Below the pieces are notes generated by a model, which saw only the letters and a list, made by a program, of their open reading frames with translations, made no database searches and had not been told where the DNA came from. Below are positions 1 to 12,436 of a stretch of DNA of 63,940 bases, in pieces. Within the stretch, counting starts at the first letter, position 1. Every line of letters starts with the position of its first letter. Both the position numbers and the translations under genes were made by a program. The stretch is from Chara braunii (taxonomy: Eukaryota; Plantae; Charophyceae), in assembly GCA_003427395.1 (NCBI GenBank), contig BFEA01000042.1, positions 1,988,048 to 2,051,987 of the forward strand, read 5' to 3'.

Positions 1-45
1 TTTGCTTTTTTTTTTTTTTTTTTGTGGCCTGCAGGGCATTTGCCG

Positions 46-969
46 ATGACGATGGCCATGTCGGAGTTGATTATCCTGGGTGATTGGCTTGAGCGCATGG
101 CATACCCTTTTCCCCCATGCGCGCTGGGTGTCTCCAGCAGTGGAAACTCCACTTTTATTGACGGTGCGACAAGAGACGAGATGGAGTGTAATCCTTAGAT
201 GAAGGTCCCCCCGTTCACTGATGCTCCCCCGGACTCGTGGGAAGAGCATGAATGGGACAAAATGCTCAGGGAGTGTCCGTGGGCGGACGACTACAAGTTC
301 GCTAACATGTGCGAGTGTGGGAGTTTCATTCCCGTGCCTAGAGTTGTGTTGGGTTCAGTTCGGTGCCGTTGCTTGAGTGCAAAGCTGAATATTCATCGTC
401 ATCAAAATGTGTTGGCCTGCAGTGTCGTGACTGCTTCGCCGCGCACATGGTCCCGTGCGCTGAAACACGAGTTGCTTGCCTGTGCACGACATTCTGAGTT
501 CCTCGATCAGTACCCATTGCGCTCTCCAGGGCTGTTGCCTTGAGCAGCTTCCTACTGCTGCGTTAGATTGTGTCTCGGAAAGTTATTCTTATCTAGGGTC
601 CTTTGCGTCACGTGTTCGAATCGGGATAGGACCTTGACTGACGCTGTGGTCTACGTGTCCAGGAATGAGTTGCACCTCGGGAGAGACAGGATCGGTTTGG
701 TCACAATAGAATACGAAGGGACATGGGATTTGGTAATCGAGGGTAAGGCGGACGATGTGGATGCTTGGCGTGAGGTTGAAGCTCAAGCGTCCTCTATACG
801 GGATGCTATAGGCACGTCTCTGGCCGGAAGGACCAGGTTCGTTCGCATGAAATATATTTCTATGTTCGCGGAAGATGCTTCAGTCGATGCACCGCAGTGT
901 CTTACGTTTAGGTCGCCTGTTCGAACTTTGAATGAACGCATGTACACACCGGCCTGTCGTCATCGGTAG
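46..969 (+). pseudogene. Unknown TE-associated protein, paralog 1 (in-frame stops at 196-198 and 541-543)
   Basis: The frame 46-969 is continuous across two stops. It aligns with 1310-2293 (PFPPCA, CPWA..YKFANM, S.PRTW, FL.QYPLR.PG, DAVV.VSRNEL, FVRMKY.S.F.E). A polyT..CAG acceptor-like site lies at 1-34. Confidence 0.65.
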
Positions 970-1309
970 AAGTGAAAGTTCCGAACGGATGTTACACGCC
1001 GATTTCCTTATACATTACACACATGAGCTCATGGTGTGCGCACCTATCTCTCCATCTAAGTGCGAGTTCACTCGCACTTGCTGTGTGCACCCCGAGCATT
1101 CCACTTCAGTGGTGTGACCACATGACTCTCCATCTAACTGCGAGTTCACTCGCACTTGTGCCCTGAACCCCGAGCAATCCGCTTGAGTGAATGTCTTGAC
1201 GACTGTGTGTGGGCGTGGCCACGACAGTTCCCGTTCGCCAACTATGTTCAAGAGTGTCAACGTGCCCATGTGTATCGTTTGGTATGTGCGCGTGGTGTGT
1301 AGGGTGCGT

Positions 1310-2293
1310 AATGGAGGTGACCTTCTCGACACCACGAATCATGGAGTCGATCTTCTCGACACCACAAACCATGAGTCCCGAGACGCACATTCGCTTGGCA
1401 GAACCATTTCCTCCTTGCGCGAGATCCGTGCGGTATTTTAACGTGTAACTATGATCCACAGAGCGACCGCAGAGGACTTCCACGAGGACCCGTGGATGAC
1501 CGTCGTCTCGTGCATGGACGGGCATATTGACGGTTGGTGCGATGGGAATCGGGCCACGATGGAGAGTCGCTGCCCTTGGGCAAGCCAGTACAAGTTCGCC
1601 AACATGTTGGAGTTCGGGAACCTCATCCCGCTGTCTGACGCTGTCCTCGTGCGTAGAGCACTGGGCTGCATTAACTGCCATTTCAACCGCCTCGAGTGCC
1701 ACTACGTCAGGTCGTCGCCACGAACTTGGGGAGGCTCACGGAAACAAGAGTTGGTGGACTGCGCTCGTCACTGCTCATTCTTGGAGCAGTACCCACTCCG
1801 GTGCCCCGGGAATTCGCCACAAGTTGTGTCATACTGTTGTGTGCGATTGACTGTGTCCGGGTCTGCTTTCGCCAGAGTTCTATGTGTCGCTGCTTCGAAA
1901 AAGAGCAGGAAACTCGTCGATGCAGTTGTGCTTGTATCACGCAACGAGCTGGTAATTGAGGGGTCCAAATTTGTGCCGACGCGGGGGCCTGCGCGTGTAG
2001 ATGGGTGGCGAGATTTGGTGATAGCAGGGCGGGTCCAAAACTTTTCGTTGTCGCGTGAGGTTGAGGAGAAAGTGTCTGACATACGAGACTATATAGGGAA
2101 TTCCTTAGCACGACCGGGAGTGTTTGTCAGGATGAAATACATGTCCGTCTTTTCGGAGAGTGCATTAGTTGACGAACCGCAGATCCGCGTGTACGAATCA
2201 TCAATGAATGTTTTGTATGGCTTCGGTACACGACCTCGTCCACGGGGAACCCCGAATGTCACTGGATCTGGACGAGTGGTCAGACTTAAGTGA
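1310..2293 (+). pseudogene. Unknown TE-associated protein, paralog 2 (frameshift near 1445)
   Basis: ORF 1451..2293 plus the upstream frame 1209..1448 (LAEPFPPCARSV) is homologous to paralog 1. Confidence 0.65.
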
Positions 2294-2509
2294 GAGTTCA
2301 CTCGCACTTTGCTTAAGTGAGAGTTCACTCACACTTTGCTTAAGTGAGAGTTCACTCGCACGTAAGTGAGAGTTCACTCGCACTTTGATTAAGTGAGGAG
2401 CTTGTCGATATATAGTGCGGGGCGTGACGATTGAGTGTTGGCCCCACCAGGGGACTTATCATTGGCCAACTTTATTTACGTCGTCGCGCAGGAGTGATGG
2501 AGAGCCTCT

Positions 2510-3155
2510 GGCGCAGGGATGGAGGTTGCCCGGTGGTCGAGAGAGATCGCGCAGTGGTGGAGTGAGATGGTGAGTGATCACTCAGCGATGGAGGAAGATC
2601 GTGCGGCGATGGAGAAAGAAATCGCGCAGCGCTGCGGTGGGATAACACTGGCCAGGGCTTCGATAGCGATGGCCAGCGCTACGGTGGAGAGCGATGGCGC
2701 ACCGGTGGAGAGCGATGGCGCAGCGATGGAACGCGTTACAACGCAGCGATAGCGATAGGGATGGCAGCAATGGAACAGCAATAGCGATGACGCATCGGTG
2801 GAGAGCGATGGCGCAACGATGGAACAACGATAGCGATGGCAGCGATAGCAATGGCGCACCGATTGAGAGATGGCGCAGCGATGGAACCAACGTTGCGATG
2901 GTAGCGATAACGATGGCGCAGCGATGGAACCAGCGTTGCGATAGCGCAGCGATGACCAGCGCTGTGATGAGAGCGATGACGATTGTCAGCGCTGCGATGG
3001 TCAAGCGAGCGCGACGGCTGCGCTCGGGGATATAGCTTTGCGTCGTGATGGCGATGAGCTAAGCGCATCGATGGCGATGGTGCATGGCGAGCGTTGGTGA
3101 TGGCGATGAGCTAAGCGCATCGATGGCGATGGTGCATGGCTAAGCGCATCGATAT
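2510..3155. repeat. Degenerate GCGAT(G)-rich low-complexity repeat
   Basis: Dozens of GCGATG/GCGATA words, plus a ~51-bp duplication at 3045-3150. Confidence 0.8.
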
Positions 3156-4316
3156 CCAGCGTCGTTGACATTTGCAAAATGTCTGAATGACAGCGACACC
3201 GAAACTTATAGATTTCCAGTGTTTTTGACCTTGGCGCACAACGAATCGCCGCACCTCGGCAGGAAATAATCCGTCGCCTGGCCTCGGCGCGCAACGAACC
3301 GCCTCGGCGCACAACGAATCGCTGCACCTTATAGATTCTTGCGCTTGACCTCGTGCATCGGATCATGCCGACTCGGATCGACGGTCCAGATTAGAACTGC
3401 AAAAATGACATTGCCTGCCCCTTGTTTTCGGGAACAGTCACATCATTGCACGCCGGAGTTGACGGAGATCTTGGGGCCACTAGCACATCAGTGGCTCCGT
3501 TCATCTGCTCGGTTGAAAATTGTTGATCGACGGCTGACAATTTCTGGTACCCCTTGCCGTTTATAGGTCCTTGCATTTTATGGGTCCTTGGGTGCGATAT
3601 GCAAATCGATTCGGCCCCACTTGATGGCGTTTTATGGACCGAGGGGTGCGATATGCGAATCTATTCGGCCCCACCTTGATCCCGACGCGAGGCCTGTTGC
3701 AGCAAAGTATAAAAGGCGTTGCAGCCCTCGAGTTATCCCTTTTGTTGTCGCTCCACAGATCAAGTCGCGCTATCGCTTCCGAGCGCGTTCTGATATTTGG
3801 TCTTCAGCCCCCACCACCTTCCGCCATAGCCCGCTCACTCTTCGCTCTTCGCTCCGTCCGCAGTTGCCACATTGTGTTCGGTTCGCTCTTCCCTCTTCGC
3901 TCTTCGCTCTTCCTCGCTCGATATCCCTCCACCATAGCTGGTTCGGTGGTCGCACATCCATATCCGCCCGACGTTGGTCGCTCGCTCAACGCACGACGAA
4001 GGTAAAATTATATAACTTGAGTTGTCCTATTCTGTGTCCGATGTCCCAACAGATTCCCAGATGCCCTGTCTCTACCTGCAGGATATAACATCGCAGCCGC
4101 GTTCTGTTGAACCCCGAATCAATTCCCGATTTTATTGTTTCGCCAGTGGACGTGTTCTGATGTCTTTTCTCCACCCTCCACCTCCGTCCGCCATAGCCGA
4201 TCCTCGTTCCGCAGCTCAATTACCTTTCGCCATAGCCACGATAACGTTTATATAAAGCTGCTCGATCCCATTCGCAACTTGTACTGCGCATGGAGAACCC
4301 CGAATCAATATCTAGT

Positions 4317-4570
4317 TTCTACACTGAACACCAAATCAATTTCCGATTTTCGCTCACCTGTCCCTTGTGAGGTTGCCGACCTGATATCTATATATATATA
4401 GATATAGATATAGATACATATATATAGAGAGAGAGAGATATTGCTACACTGAACACCGAATCAATTCCCGATTTTCGCTCACCTGTCGCTTGTGAGGTCG
4501 CCGACCTGATATCTATATCTATATATATAGATATAGATATACATACATATATATAGAGAGAGAGATATTG
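4317..4570. repeat. ~127-bp tandem duplication with (TA)n/(GA)n tracts
   Basis: CTACACTGAACACC.AATCAATT.CCGATTTTCGCTCACCTGTC occurs at ~4319 and ~4444. Confidence 0.8.
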
Positions 4571-6899
4571 CGAGTCAGTTCCCAGTTTGCGACGTACATT
4601 GTTTGAGGAGTGACAACTGCGAGTTAATTCGCAGCTTTCCCAAGGTTAGACACATATTTCATTAAAGGCAGTTCTTTATTTCCACAAATGCGAGTCAGTT
4701 CGCACTTTTTGAGCAACACTGCTGGAGGAGTTGATAACCCTTTCCGTGCAGCTTTCAGGTCTTCAGTTCCACAATTCCGAGTTAGTTCGTACTTTCCCCT
4801 TGTACTTCGGGTTACAATTGTTGTCCTGTCACCAGAACTGCGAGTTAGTTCGCACTTGTCGACACCCTTCGCACTTGTCAATAAACCACATCTTACTTGT
4901 TTCGTGCGTCTTTCAGGTCTTCAGTTCCACAATTCCGAGTTAGTTCGCACTTTCCCTTAGTACTGTGGGTTGCCATTTGTTGTCTTGTCTACAGAACTGC
5001 GAGTTAGTTTGTACTTGTCGACACCCTTCGCACTTATCGATAAACCACATCTTACTCGTTTCGAGGGCAGCGAGTCGGGTCGCAATTTTTCCGAAGAGTT
5101 GTCGTCTTCCCTCCGAACTCACTCTGCCAGCCACCCAATTGTTTTGTGTTCGTTTGCATTTCAAACACCAATATCATTCTTTGGTTTCCTTCAGCCCATA
5201 ACTGCACGTCGGCTCCCCCTTGTCGATACCCATGCGGTACTTGTTGTAGACGACTTCATTCCCAAAACTCCGAGTTAGTTCGCACTTTCCTGAAGATAAA
5301 TCACCTTTACCTCGATTCGACGACAGCGAGCTCGTTCGCACTCTCTCCGTGGAGCTGTTGTTTTCCTTCCGAACTCACTCTACCAGAGGACTGCTGTCTT
5401 TCCTATCCTTCACCCGATTGTTGTGACTTCGTATGCATTTCGAACACCCATCTCTTACGTCTTTTTCGTCCTCCATTTCGTTAAGTCCGAGTTAGTTCGC
5501 ACTTCGCTTCTGTAGTGGTCCGAGGTTGGGCGTATTAGTCATCCAAGTTGGTTAGAGGTTGGGCATGTTAGTCAACAGGTGGGAGTACAATGGCGTCCGC
5601 AAATAACACATCCACAAGCGTTGGACCATCTTCCCCCGGGGAGAGACGACCTCTTCAGCAATCTACTCCTCAGTATATGCACGCATTGGGAGCACAATGG
5701 TTTTTGGACTTTGTTGTTCAGGGGGACCTTTTTGGGCCAGCTGTTTTCATGCGACCCACTTGCATTCCAGACGCTGGGGGAGCGGTCAACGTTCTTCCTC
5801 TCGGTACCATCGTCTCGTGCGCCAAGACTCCTGGAGGTTTGCTCAAGCTGCACACTAACGGCTTGTACGACGAGTGCAGACTGCCTCTCAAAGGTGTTAA
5901 GGGTGTGCTGGTGACCATCAAGAGTTTTGTAGGGTACGGCTCGAACATGACGTTGTGCTCTCACTTCAAAGGCCTTTATGATGACGGCAACAAGTGTTTT
6001 CCATCGCCAGAGCAATATCTCGATCTCACGATGATTGTCCCGAAAGAACGTCCGGTTCTTCCGCGAGAACATGTTTTTAGGCTGCTACCACCCCATGAGG
6101 GGTCGTCCGACTTGGCTCAAGAAACTCCAGGGACGGCAGTGGGGCACGAGAGTGCGATTCACGACGCTGGGGGTCGGGTCAAGGGGTTCGTGCGCAGCTT
6201 TCGCACGCAGGTCGGCCCGGATGCGCCTGGGAACACGTCAGACTTGCATTCTCAGGGTACAGGGACTCAACGGGTCGGTGCTCCGAAACTCCTCAAGGTC
6301 CACTGCGGCGGCGACATGTATTTGCTTCAAGATGAGACGAGAAGAGAATCCGGCAGATCAGGGCAAGATGTCGGAGGGAATGAGGCTGAAGGCATAGGCG
6401 CTGTCCGCGAAAGCTCTGGCGGGGAGCCGACTCCTTCGGAGAAGAAGCGCGAGCGACAGAGGATGGTGAGAGAGGAGGTGGCGGAGGGAACCCTCCGCAT
6501 GAAGAGGATGAGAGGAAAATTGGAGGCGGTGATGGGCGGGGATGGAGGTGACGTCGGAGAACGTGCCTCGGGAAAGAGGCCGTTGAAGGAAGAGGGTGAG
6601 ATGACAAGTAAGAAAGCAAGGAGGCCCGGCGGTTTGACCATCCGCGAAGGACAAGCCATGGGTGGAGGAGATTCGGCTAATCCAGGCGTTGCGGCCGCGA
6701 GAGAACCTTCAGGGAAATCGAAACGGAAAGTGGCAGTTGAAGAAGGCGATGGCCAGAAGAAACCTCGAAGGCGGAAGACTGCTGAGGCGGCGAGCGGTGG
6801 CGAACAGCCTCTCGGTGAGGAGTGCGACGAAGCGGCAGCGTTCTGGCTCGAATACGAGCGGAACGATGGCGGTGAAATCGTGGAGAAGGAGCTCCCCGT

Positions 6900-7330
6900 C
6901 CAGCTACTCATCGACCCCAGGAAGGTCTGCGACATCCCGCCTTGGGAAAGATATTACAACCACCGCAGTCTAAATCGCGAAACTGTGGACAGCATGAAGG
7001 ATGCGATGCTGAGTCAATTCCGCGAGAAAAAGGGGAAGATCTGGACGAAAATCCCTTTGGTTCTGGCACCCATCTACAAGCCGGTGACGCGTAGGCCGGA
7101 GAAAGCAGACAGGGTTCACAAAGATGTCTTCAAGCCAGAGGACAAGGAGAAGTACTACTATTACCATGTTAACGGACAACACACCGTGGCTGCTGTGAAG
7201 GAGTTGGAGGGTGAGCCAATATTCGATTTGTGGAAGATGCACTCGTGGCCGGCGAGAGTAGTGTGGTTCTCTGACCGAGATTTCGCGGGGTATAGGCAGG
7301 TCAGTCTCAACGAGAACACGAGACACAAGA
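6900..7330 (+). CDS. ParB/Sulfiredoxin (DGQHR-like) domain
   Basis: NHRSLNRETVDSMKDAM..IPLVL..YYHVNGQHTVAAVKEL..WPARVV..SLNEN follows the ParB pattern R.l....v..l / Pi.v / y.v.dG.HR..A / l..N, with R replaced by T in the GQHR box. Confidence 0.6.
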
Positions 7331-8479
7331 TGTCTTAGCAGCGATCGCAGAAGGCCACGTTCTTGGACATGCGGGAGGCATGGGAGAATGAAGGAAGGTC
7401 GGTGGCCATTTAAGGGAACCCTTCTGGCCAGGAGGCCGAAAAACGAGCGTTCTTCAAATTCCAAAAGCTGCTTTGGGAAAGATTCCGAACGAAGCTCACT
7501 TGACGTTGGCAAAAAAAGATTTGTCGCTCGTCGACAAGGAGTATGTCGCTGTCGTTGGCAATGCATTGAGGCAATGGATGCCGCTCGTGACGGCCGGTGA
7601 TGACGTTTTTCGCAAAGCCATGGAGTTCTACGCGAAATGGGCGGAGGGGAAGTTGTTGGGCGGCGAAGACAAGACACCATTGTCGAGGTCGGGCAAATAC
7701 ATGCCAGACAAATCTCCGGGTCTGCAAGCAATTCCGAAAATTAGCTTGAAAGGGGCGGCTGGTGAAATGAAGATGGGGTGGCTGGTCCGGGTCCCGCCTC
7801 CTCCGACCAAAAAGAAAACTCAAGCGGACGACAAGTTTTTCGTGGTCGTGAAGGAGCCAGACATGTTTTGTTAGCAGTGTCTCGCCGACATGACCCATGT
7901 CGAGAAATTATCGATCCTCGACGACATTCTCGCACTAAGGGGAGTGTTCGTGCAATCCGCGGGCGGGCATCTGAAGCGTCAGCATAAACTTGAAATTAAA
8001 GACATAGTCGCGACGAGGAAAGTGGACCGTGTGATGCTCCGTATGTTCCACTACATCTTGTTCCTTGAAACGGAGGAGGACGAACGTGTTTGGCGCTACG
8101 GGAGCCTTTTTTTCCGGACCGAGGGGTGGCTTCTGGAGGAGTTCGGGCCGTTGGGCCTCACGAAACATGGGTGGGTCGAAGTGCAAAAGCATTTCCAGGG
8201 AGCGGTGGAGTACGTGAACACTTGCAAACGTACTCTTCCGCACGAGGAGTCCCTCGACGACGTGAAGAGATTGTGGGATGATGACAGGTTCCCTAAATCT
8301 TTCGAAAAGTCTGTCCGTTCCATCTTGCGACGGACAGAAGAAGAAGTTCGAGACACGATCAGGGTCAGCGGGGATGTAAGGCACATCAAATGGCCCGGCC
8401 TCAACGGGGTGACCAACCTTATTCCTTTCGCTTTCCCGCCTTCCCAAACTCACAGTCATGTCATTGCGATCCGTGAGGT

Positions 8480-9200
8480 TGTGCGACATTATGTGTGCAA
8501 CCTGTACGTCCTCAATTTGTGTGATCCCACACTCCTCACAGACTGGCGAGAAGATGATTTCGCCAATTTGCAAGGCGTTCTCCAAACACTTTCGCCAACG
8601 CACTGGGCACTTGTGATTTTTTTCCCCTCTCGTTGGGAGCTTAGTTTCTTGAAAGGCATGGCCAGGCTTAGCGTCCATCACGTCGGAACAGGGAAGTGGG
8701 TGCGCAATGCATAAAAGAAGGTCACTGTCCGGGAAGGCAATATGCTAGTTGAGGAGTGGGACCGCCTGTACGTGATTTTTAATGGCGAGAAGCTGGAAGA
8801 CAACAAATTCGCAGTCTACCCGGCCAGTAGCCCGACAAAGGCTTCCCGTGCTCATGGTCCAAGTCCGGCCAAACACACGGTGGCGGTCCGCTCGAAAGCT
8901 GTCTGTTCGTCAGACCCATCACGACAGGCTGTGGCGTGTTTCGATGTGCCGGAAGAGGAAAGGTTCTCTCGTAGCATGTGGGAGGACGGCGGCGTGACAA
9001 GTGTTAGTGGAGCTGCTTACGGGGAGATGGAGCGGAACCCGTCCCGTCTACTTGGTCTACTCGAAAACTTTTGCAAAGTTGGGCAAACTGTTTTTTTCTT
9101 TGGGAAGGCCCATGCGTCTGTCGTGTGGGAACTCCTGCGCACCGGTCGGAACGTTGTCGCGTTGGAGAAGGACGCGAAGATGATCGATGACCTTCACAAG
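8480..9200 (+). CDS. Degenerate beta-class N4C/N6A DNA methyltransferase-fold domain
   Basis: The order CNLYVLNLCDP / HWALVIFF / GKWVR / EWDRLYVIF / ERNPSRLLGLLENFCKVGQTVFFFGKAHASVVWELLRTGRNVVALEKD mirrors DlivtDPPY..KP..Ll..li...pGd.VlDpFxGxGtt..aa...gR..ig.E.d. The canonical DPPY and FxGxG motifs are absent. Confidence 0.5.
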
Positions 9201-12200
9201 TTCGTGAAGACACGCGTTGCAGACACTCGCAATGCTTGCGAGTTTGTCCAGACCACCGGCGAACGAAACTGGGATCCCAAACATGACATGTATTGGAAAT
9301 TGTCGGGGAACAGGACGGAGGTTTGGGACTTCCTTTTCCAACCCCGACCGCCTGGTCCGACCGACCTCGAATACAGTCGACGGAGAAACCTCGTGTTCGG
9401 TGTGCTCAATGGGTACCACGATGCACCCAGGGAGTCTGTCTCGCATTTCCTGAGAAGGCTGGAGCACGTTTACTTCACGCTGGCCGAACCGCTCACCCTC
9501 GAAAACTACTAGTCACAGTTTGACGAGGAGGACCATTTCGACGCTGAAGACAGGGAGGAGCTGAGCGACTCCGAAACCTTCGATTTCGAGTCCATGCCAC
9601 TTCCTCGAGGGGTTGGAAAGGTTGGTGATGAAGAGGAAGGTGGCCCTCGGAGATATAGCACGTCCCCTGCCGGTTTGAAGCGTGTGTTTCGGGGTGAACC
9701 AGTCGACAACCAATCGTCTGATGACGGGGACGAAGAGAGAGACTATGATCACGAACCTTGTGACAGGCTCCCTGAGGACCACGACACCGAGAAGAATGAC
9801 AGACTCTTCTTCTTCGGCAAGCATCACCGGTTCATGGTGGAGGATGTCTGGGGACACAACGTCGTCTGGCACCCGAGGATATTCCAACCTGCTGTGAAGA
9901 ATGGAATGTGGGTCATAGCAATGAAGGAGGCCGATGGCAAGTGGAGTGGACTGAAGAGACAGGGAACGGGTGCATTTAAAAGAACGGCGAGACATGCTCT
10001 GGTGGAGCATTTGAGTCTTATGAACCCCGAGAGGAACGATCCGTACGTCGCTGCGTATGCAGTACAAAAGCTAAATGAGTTGTACGCCAACAACATGTTG
10101 GAGTTTCGACCGCCTTTCTACACACTCGAAACAGCACCGTCTCGTGGCATTGACTGGCGCATGCCGCAACCTCCGTCGGGCGGTCAGCATCTGGGAGGGG
10201 GTGGAGGAGGAGACGAAGGAGACGGCGGAGGTGGCGGAGGAGACGGCTCACAGTTTGTCGGAAAGGGGACGGGCGAGACATCGTCGGTAGAGAAGGCGTC
10301 TGACGGAAAGGGGTCAGGCGGAAACGACTCGGGCGGAAAGGGGTCGGGCGGGAAGCGGTCGGGCGGGAAGGGGTGGGGCTAAAAGGGGTCGGGCAGGAAG
10401 GGGTCAGGCGGAAAGCGTAGAACGTCCGGGAGTCCCAAGTATATGGAAACTGACCCCCACTGCGTAGGGAGTCGAGATTCCGACATGCGAGACGAGGTCA
10501 CCCTGAGGTCTGATCAAGTGCCAGTAGATTCGCACTTGTCTGCGAGGACTTTGTTTCCCGTTGCCGACGAGAGTCCATCCCGCCGTGCGCAGTAGAGGTC
10601 TCCTGTGCTCAACACCTTGCTCCTGAAAGAGGGCGCGTCTTCGTTTTGCCTGGAGGGCGGGATGCCTGCATTGCGAAGGAGCGAAGGTGTGACCTTCGGT
10701 TCCCTCGTCTCGGGCGACCGCCACAAACTCCGAATACATTCGGATTTGCTGACGTCGCCCTCCGCCATAAGTGCTCCTCACGCAACAGTTCCGCGGGGCC
10801 AAGAAAATGTGATGTCCTGCCCCCCGCATCTTCTGTTGGACACAGGGTTACCCTGCTCGCCTCGTTCTCATGTGTTGAGACTCGAGACTGGCGGTCTCGC
10901 GACGTGCTGAAGGGGGCCGCTGCAGGAGTGTTGGAGACCGGGGGTGGCGAGTACGAACGTCGTACTCTTGGGGAAGAGGAGTGCTCTCCGGGAACGTGTG
11001 CTGTACATCGGGAAGAGGAGACTCAACGCTGGCAGTCTCGCAAAGTGTTGGAGACCGGGGGTAGCGAGTGTGAATGCCATGCTTCAGAGGGTGCATCCGT
11101 GGATACTAACAGCGAGAGTGCAAGAGCTCTAGGGGAAACGCATGCTCTACGGGGGGGAGAGGAGTCACGAAGGATGCCGGCTCGGGAAGACGTGAAGGGG
11201 CTCCACGCACGAGCGCTGGTGATTGGGATGTCCGAAGAGGTTCTGCACAGTCGGTCGGCTATGGCCACGACGCGAGAGGGTGTCCTTAAGGGAGGTCAGT
11301 GGACGTTCGTGCAAGCTCCCGTTCTTGGTGACGATGAAGACGAAAAAGAACCCGCGGTGGAAGCTCGGGTTCATGGCGATGAGAAAGGCGGAGAACCCGA
11401 CTATCGGCATCCAGACGGATCCACAGCGGAAAAATGGTGATTCGTCGCCCACCCGTTGCGGTGAAGAACAGGGTGGTCAAGCGTCTGTCCTAAGCACCGC
11501 TCGGGGAGTGGTGCTTCATGAAGCCATAGAGTTGGATGATGACTCGGCTGCCACCGAGCTGGTTAGCGACTCAGGCGTGGCCGAGATGCAGAACGTCGAA
11601 TCCTCCGTGGAAGGCGGTGAGGTGGCTGTCAGCATCAAGATGGATCGAGAGCGGAAATATCATGATTCTCCGTCCACCCGTTGCGGTGCTGAACAGGGTG
11701 ATCGAGCATCTGTCCTCAGTACCGGTCGGGAAATGGTGCTTCATGAAGCCATCGACTTGCCAAGCGACTCAGCTGCCACCGAGTTGGTTAGCGACACAGC
11801 CGTGGCCGAGGTGCAGAACCTCGAATCGTCCGTGGACGTTGGCGCAGTGGCTCGACAGGAGGGCGAGTTCCCTCAAAAGGCTCCTGAGCACGGTAAGATT
11901 TGTGAATAGGAACACTCGCATACCTGTCACTAGCCAGCTCTGTGTTCGTCCAAATTGATGTCATGGGCTAATGTACCTTTTACCACTTGTTAAAAAAAAG
12001 TTTGTGGGCTGTGGGTTGTTTTCCATGTTCTACAGGTGTGAGGTTGTCAATGTCCCTGCCCATGAAGCCTGCAAAAGCCGTGAGCGAGAAGTGTCTTTCA
12101 GGGAGGTCATTGGCCGCTTTACCGAAGAAGTCGTCAAGTGTAGGGTTGTTTAAAAGGGTCCAGATGCCTCGCCTTTCCCAGAGAGCTGTCAGGGTTCTGA

Positions 12201-12436
12201 AGGCTTGTGGAATAGATAAGGAGGAAGGTTTGCGGAAACATTTGGCTGCGTCCATTTAAAGCGTTACTGCTTTGTCTGATGGGTCTGATGACGATGCCAA
12301 ACGAGGTGTCTTGAAAGACCCGCGTCCTAAGTACATCGCCAAGGACACATTCAACAGTCGGGGATACAACTTTTCTGGGAAAAGGGCAGACGATTCATAG
12401 CCATTTCGCCCCGGTGATTTTGACCACTCATCACAC

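Larger units (their letters stand above)
5590..11909 (+). pseudogene. Large TE-encoded multidomain protein (unknown N-domain, ParB/Srx-like domain, degenerate amino-MTase fold, acidic/G-rich tail), disrupted
   Basis: Consecutive + ORFs 5590-7338, 7473-7874, 7890-8714, 8742-9512, 9594-10382, 10646-11440 and 11223-11909 are separated by single stops or frameshifts. The segments from 7473 to 10382 are all in one frame. Confidence 0.7.

Noticed and set aside
2519-3366. Overlapping ORFs on both strands
   Set aside because: They are by-products of the GCGAT low-complexity repeat.
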